Part shown: in pieces, positions 60,826 to 64,000 of the stretch
Layout of the letters: the number at the start of each line of letters is the position of its first letter
Numbering within the stretch: the first letter of the stretch is position 1
Assembly: GCA_963675595.2 (NCBI GenBank)
Contig: CAXXLZ010000002.1
Coordinates: 3,648,001 to 3,712,000 of the forward strand
Length of the DNA stretch: 64,000 bases
Source: Thermodesulfobacteriota bacterium
GTDB taxonomy: Bacteria > Desulfobacterota > Desulfarculia > JACQYL01
Direction of reading: 5' to 3'
Notes under the pieces: generated by a model
Told to the model about the DNA's origin: nothing
What the model saw: the letters and a program-made list of their open reading frames with translations, nothing else
Database searches by the model: none
Position numbers and translations under genes: made by a program

Positions 60826-61244
60826 CGAGCCAAGGAGGTCGTCCCTGTGCCCTCACGCCCCGATTTCCCCCGGTCGGGGCCGTCGACACGGTCCCATCAA
60901 CCCCACACGCTGACGGCTCACCCGTGGGGCGGGCCACAGTGCCAGCCCCGGGCTCGGCGGAACCATGGAATCTGCCGGGCTGAACCCACGGGGTAGGGCC
61001 CTCCTGGCTTCAACACCCCTAGAACAGGGCGAATGTCTCCAAACCGGTTCCCGGCCCTTCCCTCGAAATCGCCCTCAAAAATGACGGGAATTAGCAATTG
61101 ACGGTACTTCCTTTTTGAACATAAGATCAAAAAGGAGGAAATGCCCTCTTTCCTTGTAAAATCGTCCGGGCACCATCACATCCCCGGCAAGGAAGATGGC
61201 GTCCTCAGGTGACCGGAACCGCCGATGACACATGGACGCAAGCC
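60826..61244. repeat. ~420-bp structured direct repeat, copy 2
   Basis: Colinear with 58808..59227. Confidence 0.85.
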
Positions 61245-61338
61245 ATCGACCGGCTTTTACCCGCATACGGAGCAGGAAGGGGCATGGATGTCCATAGACC
61301 GCTTCGGAGGTATTGACCATATAGAACAAACCATTGTT

Positions 61339-63215
61339 GATGAGTTCGTAAAAACCTCTCCGTAAAGGTATCTAGTTGAAAATATGAATAAAAATGGCAT
61401 TTATGGGTTGACCTTTCTTTTGGGTCCTGTATGATAAGTATCTGACTTGATTAATAATATGGTCCTTAGGGGGGTTGTTTTGTTTCGGCCTAAGAGAACG
61501 CAAAAGACCATTTTCGACCACGATATTTGCCTTCCCGCAGACAGGATCGAGGCGTTGGAGAAGACGTGGGCCGGTCCGTTCCGGCGCCTGGTGCTTCCCA
61601 TGATCGATGAGGAGTCTTTCCGGCCTTTCTACTGTGAGGACAACGGCAGGCCCAACAGACCCGTGGCCATCCTTGTCGGAGCGTGTGTTTTGAAGGAAAT
61701 GAACAGCCTGACCGATGCGGAAGTCTTGGGCGCTCTGGACTTCGATCTGCGTTGGCAATATGCCTTCAACATCAACGCCTTTGAATCTCACGTCTGCCAG
61801 AAGACCCTGCACAATTTCCGGACCTTGATTACCGACAACAAGCAAGCGCGGAGCCTCTTTACCGGAATCACGGACGCCATCATCGAGACGGCGGCCCTTA
61901 GCACGGACAAACAGCGGTTGGACTCCACACAGATCACTTCCAACATGGCTCATCTGAGCCGTCTGGGGCTCTTTACGCGCACCATCGAGGCGTTCTTGAA
62001 ACGGCTCCATAAGAAACATCCCAAGTTGTATGAGAAACTGCCCCGACTTTACGACAAGGCCTACTTGAAGCGCGCAGGCTATTTTGCCGATGCAAAATCA
62101 TCGCGGGCCAAGCGTCGTCTGGACAAGTCCGCCCGCCATCTCGCCGACCTGGTGGACCGCTTCCGAGGTCATCCGGAAATCAGCCGAATGAAAGAATACC
62201 GGCTGATGGCCCGACTACTGTCGGAGCAATGCCGTTTCACCGAGGGAGATCCCGACAAAACAGAACTCGAGAAGCCCAAGGAAATCCCTGCGGACTCCCT
62301 GCAGAATCCTTCGGATCCCGACGCCACCTATGGGCGCAAGGGCAAAGGATATAAGGCTTCCCTCACGGAGACCTGCGTGAAGGAAAATCCCTTCCAGGTG
62401 ATCACCGATGTGGACGTGGCCCCTTCCTATGACAGCGACCAGAAAGACGTGATGCCCGTTATCGAACGCCTGGAGGAAACGGGCCGCAAACCCGAAGAGT
62501 TGTTCGCCGACGCAGGCTACGGCAGCGGCGAGAACATCCTTCAAGCTCACGAGCACGGAGTCGAGCTTACCGCTCCGGTGACTTGCGGAAAAGCGCCGGA
62601 TCTCAATAAGATGCAGTTGAGTGACTTTGAAACGAACGAGGACTGCACCCAGGTCGTTTACTGTATCCGGGGGCACGCGCCACTTGAATGCAAGATCGTT
62701 GACCGCGGCAAAGCGGTGGAAGCCGTGTTTTCCCGCGAGCACTGTCTCCTATGCGAATTTCTCCCCATCTGTCCGGTAAAACGGATCAAGGGCGGAAATT
62801 ATCGACTGAAGTACAAGCGCAAGGACATGGCGACCTCCAAGCGCAGACTACAGCAGGAAAGCCATGATTTCAAAGAACGCTACAAAATCCGGTCCGGCAT
62901 CGAGGCCACCATCTCCGAAGCGGATCGGGTCACGGGATTGAAACGATCGTGGACCCGAGGCAAAAAACGGGTCACCTTATCTGTTTTCATGAAGGCCCTG
63001 GCCATCAACATCAAGAGGTTCGTCCAGAGCCGCCTTGATAAGGCCAAGAAGGCCCTTTCCAACTCGATAGAGGGAGGCAGCAACGATAATTTCCGTCGTC
63101 TTTGTAGCCTATGTCACGATGACAGTAACCTTGGCAGTGTTGCAATGGCCGCTTGAACTTCCAATGCTCCAAAAAACAGCCCTGTTCGTAAAGGGGGGTT
63201 CTTACGACGGCATCA
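61339..63215 (+). mobile_element. IS1182/IS5-like insertion sequence with a 6-bp target duplication
   Basis: Imperfect terminal inverted repeats GATGAGTTCGTAAAAACC / GGTTCTTACGACGGGCATC; ATTGTT duplicated at 61333-61338 and 63216-63221. Confidence 0.88.
61480..63156 (+). CDS. DDE transposase (IS1182-like)
   Basis: GRPNRP, RLDST, SDPDATY, ADAGYGS, Cys-rich insert, RSGIEATISE; TTG start uncertain. Confidence 0.92.
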   Translation: MFRPKRTQKTIFDHDICLPADRIEALEKTWAGPFRRLVLPMIDEESFRPFYCEDNGRPNRPVAILVGACVLKEMNSLTDAEVLGALDFDLRWQYAFNINAFESHVCQKTLHNFRTLITDNKQARSLFTGITDAIIETAALSTDKQRLDSTQITSNMAHLSRLGLFTRTIEAFLKRLHKKHPKLYEKLPRLYDKAYLKRAGYFADAKSSRAKRRLDKSARHLADLVDRFRGHPEISRMKEYRLMARLLSEQCRFTEGDPDKTELEKPKEIPADSLQNPSDPDATYGRKGKGYKASLTETCVKENPFQVITDVDVAPSYDSDQKDVMPVIERLEETGRKPEELFADAGYGSGENILQAHEHGVELTAPVTCGKAPDLNKMQLSDFETNEDCTQVVYCIRGHAPLECKIVDRGKAVEAVFSREHCLLCEFLPICPVKRIKGGNYRLKYKRKDMATSKRRLQQESHDFKERYKIRSGIEATISEADRVTGLKRSWTRGKKRVTLSVFMKALAINIKRFVQSRLDKAKKALSNSIEGGSNDNFRRLCSLCHDDSNLGSVAMAA

Positions 63216-63782
63216 TTGTTGGTTTCGAGTTCTACCGATCTTTTTCGTCAGGTTCATGTGCAGTCGATACAGGAAGCTGTTATTCATGAAATCATTTAGG
63301 ATAGTTGGCAGAAGCGTGCCGCAGATATAATTGAAGTATGCTCAATACAAAGTATTATTCTGAGAACGTAAAAATAACATCATACACCTTTACAGCATCA
63401 GTCCTGACGGCAACAGTGCCAGATGATAATGAGCGACGGTACTATTTAATAGAATGGGCTAATTCCCTTTTCGGAAAGCTTCATGCAAGCTCAAAAAACG
63501 CATATAGAAATAGACTAAATACTTACAACAGGTTACGAAAATCGCAATAACTGGCAAGCATGACTTATTTCAGTAGGGAAATAAGAAGTTTAATCCACTA
63601 TGCGACGGGAAAATATGAAAAGTCTGGCAAATCAAAGCTGTTTAGAAAAACCAACATATTAGTTAAGTATCAATCAGTGCAAGCACATATTAATAGGAAT
63701 ACCATAACGCTAACGCTCTATTATTATAGCATATGCGGTGGGCGTCAGTCTTAATGAAAACCTCAATTGAGGGGATTCAGCC

Positions 63783-64000
63783 ATGTGTAAAATTTGTAGA
63801 CTGGTCTTTTCATTGGTTTGCTGTGTATTACTATTTGCGTGCTGTATGAAGAATAGTATCAAAACTGATAAAATAGCTTTAGTCGAAATAAAACCAATAG
63901 AAAATGAAAATTTGTCTGAAAATATATATGAAAACATGGATGCTATCTCCGAGGTGCGGTCATACCCTTTCTCTGTGCCGATCCTTGTATTGGCAGATAA
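63783..64000 (+). CDS. Low-GC putative exported/lipoprotein, 3'-truncated
   Basis: GAGGGG RBS; MCKICRLVFSLVCCVLLFACC..., open to the window end. Confidence 0.5.
   Translation, partial: MCKICRLVFSLVCCVLLFACCMKNSIKTDKIALVEIKPIENENLSENIYENMDAISEVRSYPFSVPILVLAD

Overview
GC-rich bacterial chromosomal window, most consistent with a Desulfobacterota (Syntrophobacteria-like) anaerobe; this is inferred from gene content. In order it contains: a tandem array of at least 3 near-identical secreted, probably S-layer-like genes with hypervariable loops; cytochrome b, methyltransferase and thrC genes; and a selenobiotic RiPP locus. That locus has radical SAM SbtM, an unannotated precursor with two in-frame UGA (Sec) codons each followed by a SECIS-like hairpin, and a paralogous precursor that has lost the Sec cores. 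Next come an acyl-CoA dehydrogenase, a SNF2-helicase/DUF4391/type III Mod-Res defence cluster beside tRNA-Ala(CGC), a copA operon, a sigma54-controlled motAB/FlgP-like/GGDEF module, a corrinoid methyltransferase trio and an MFS pump. An IS110-family (IS1111-type) element follows; its 3' non-coding end carries readable bridge/seek-RNA guides matching both its own circle junction and the host palindromic repeat it inserted into. The window ends with CoA-metabolism genes, a solitary attC-type gene cassette between two ~420-bp structured repeats, and an IS1182-like element with a 6-bp target duplication. Intergenic DNA is dense with modular palindromic repeats.
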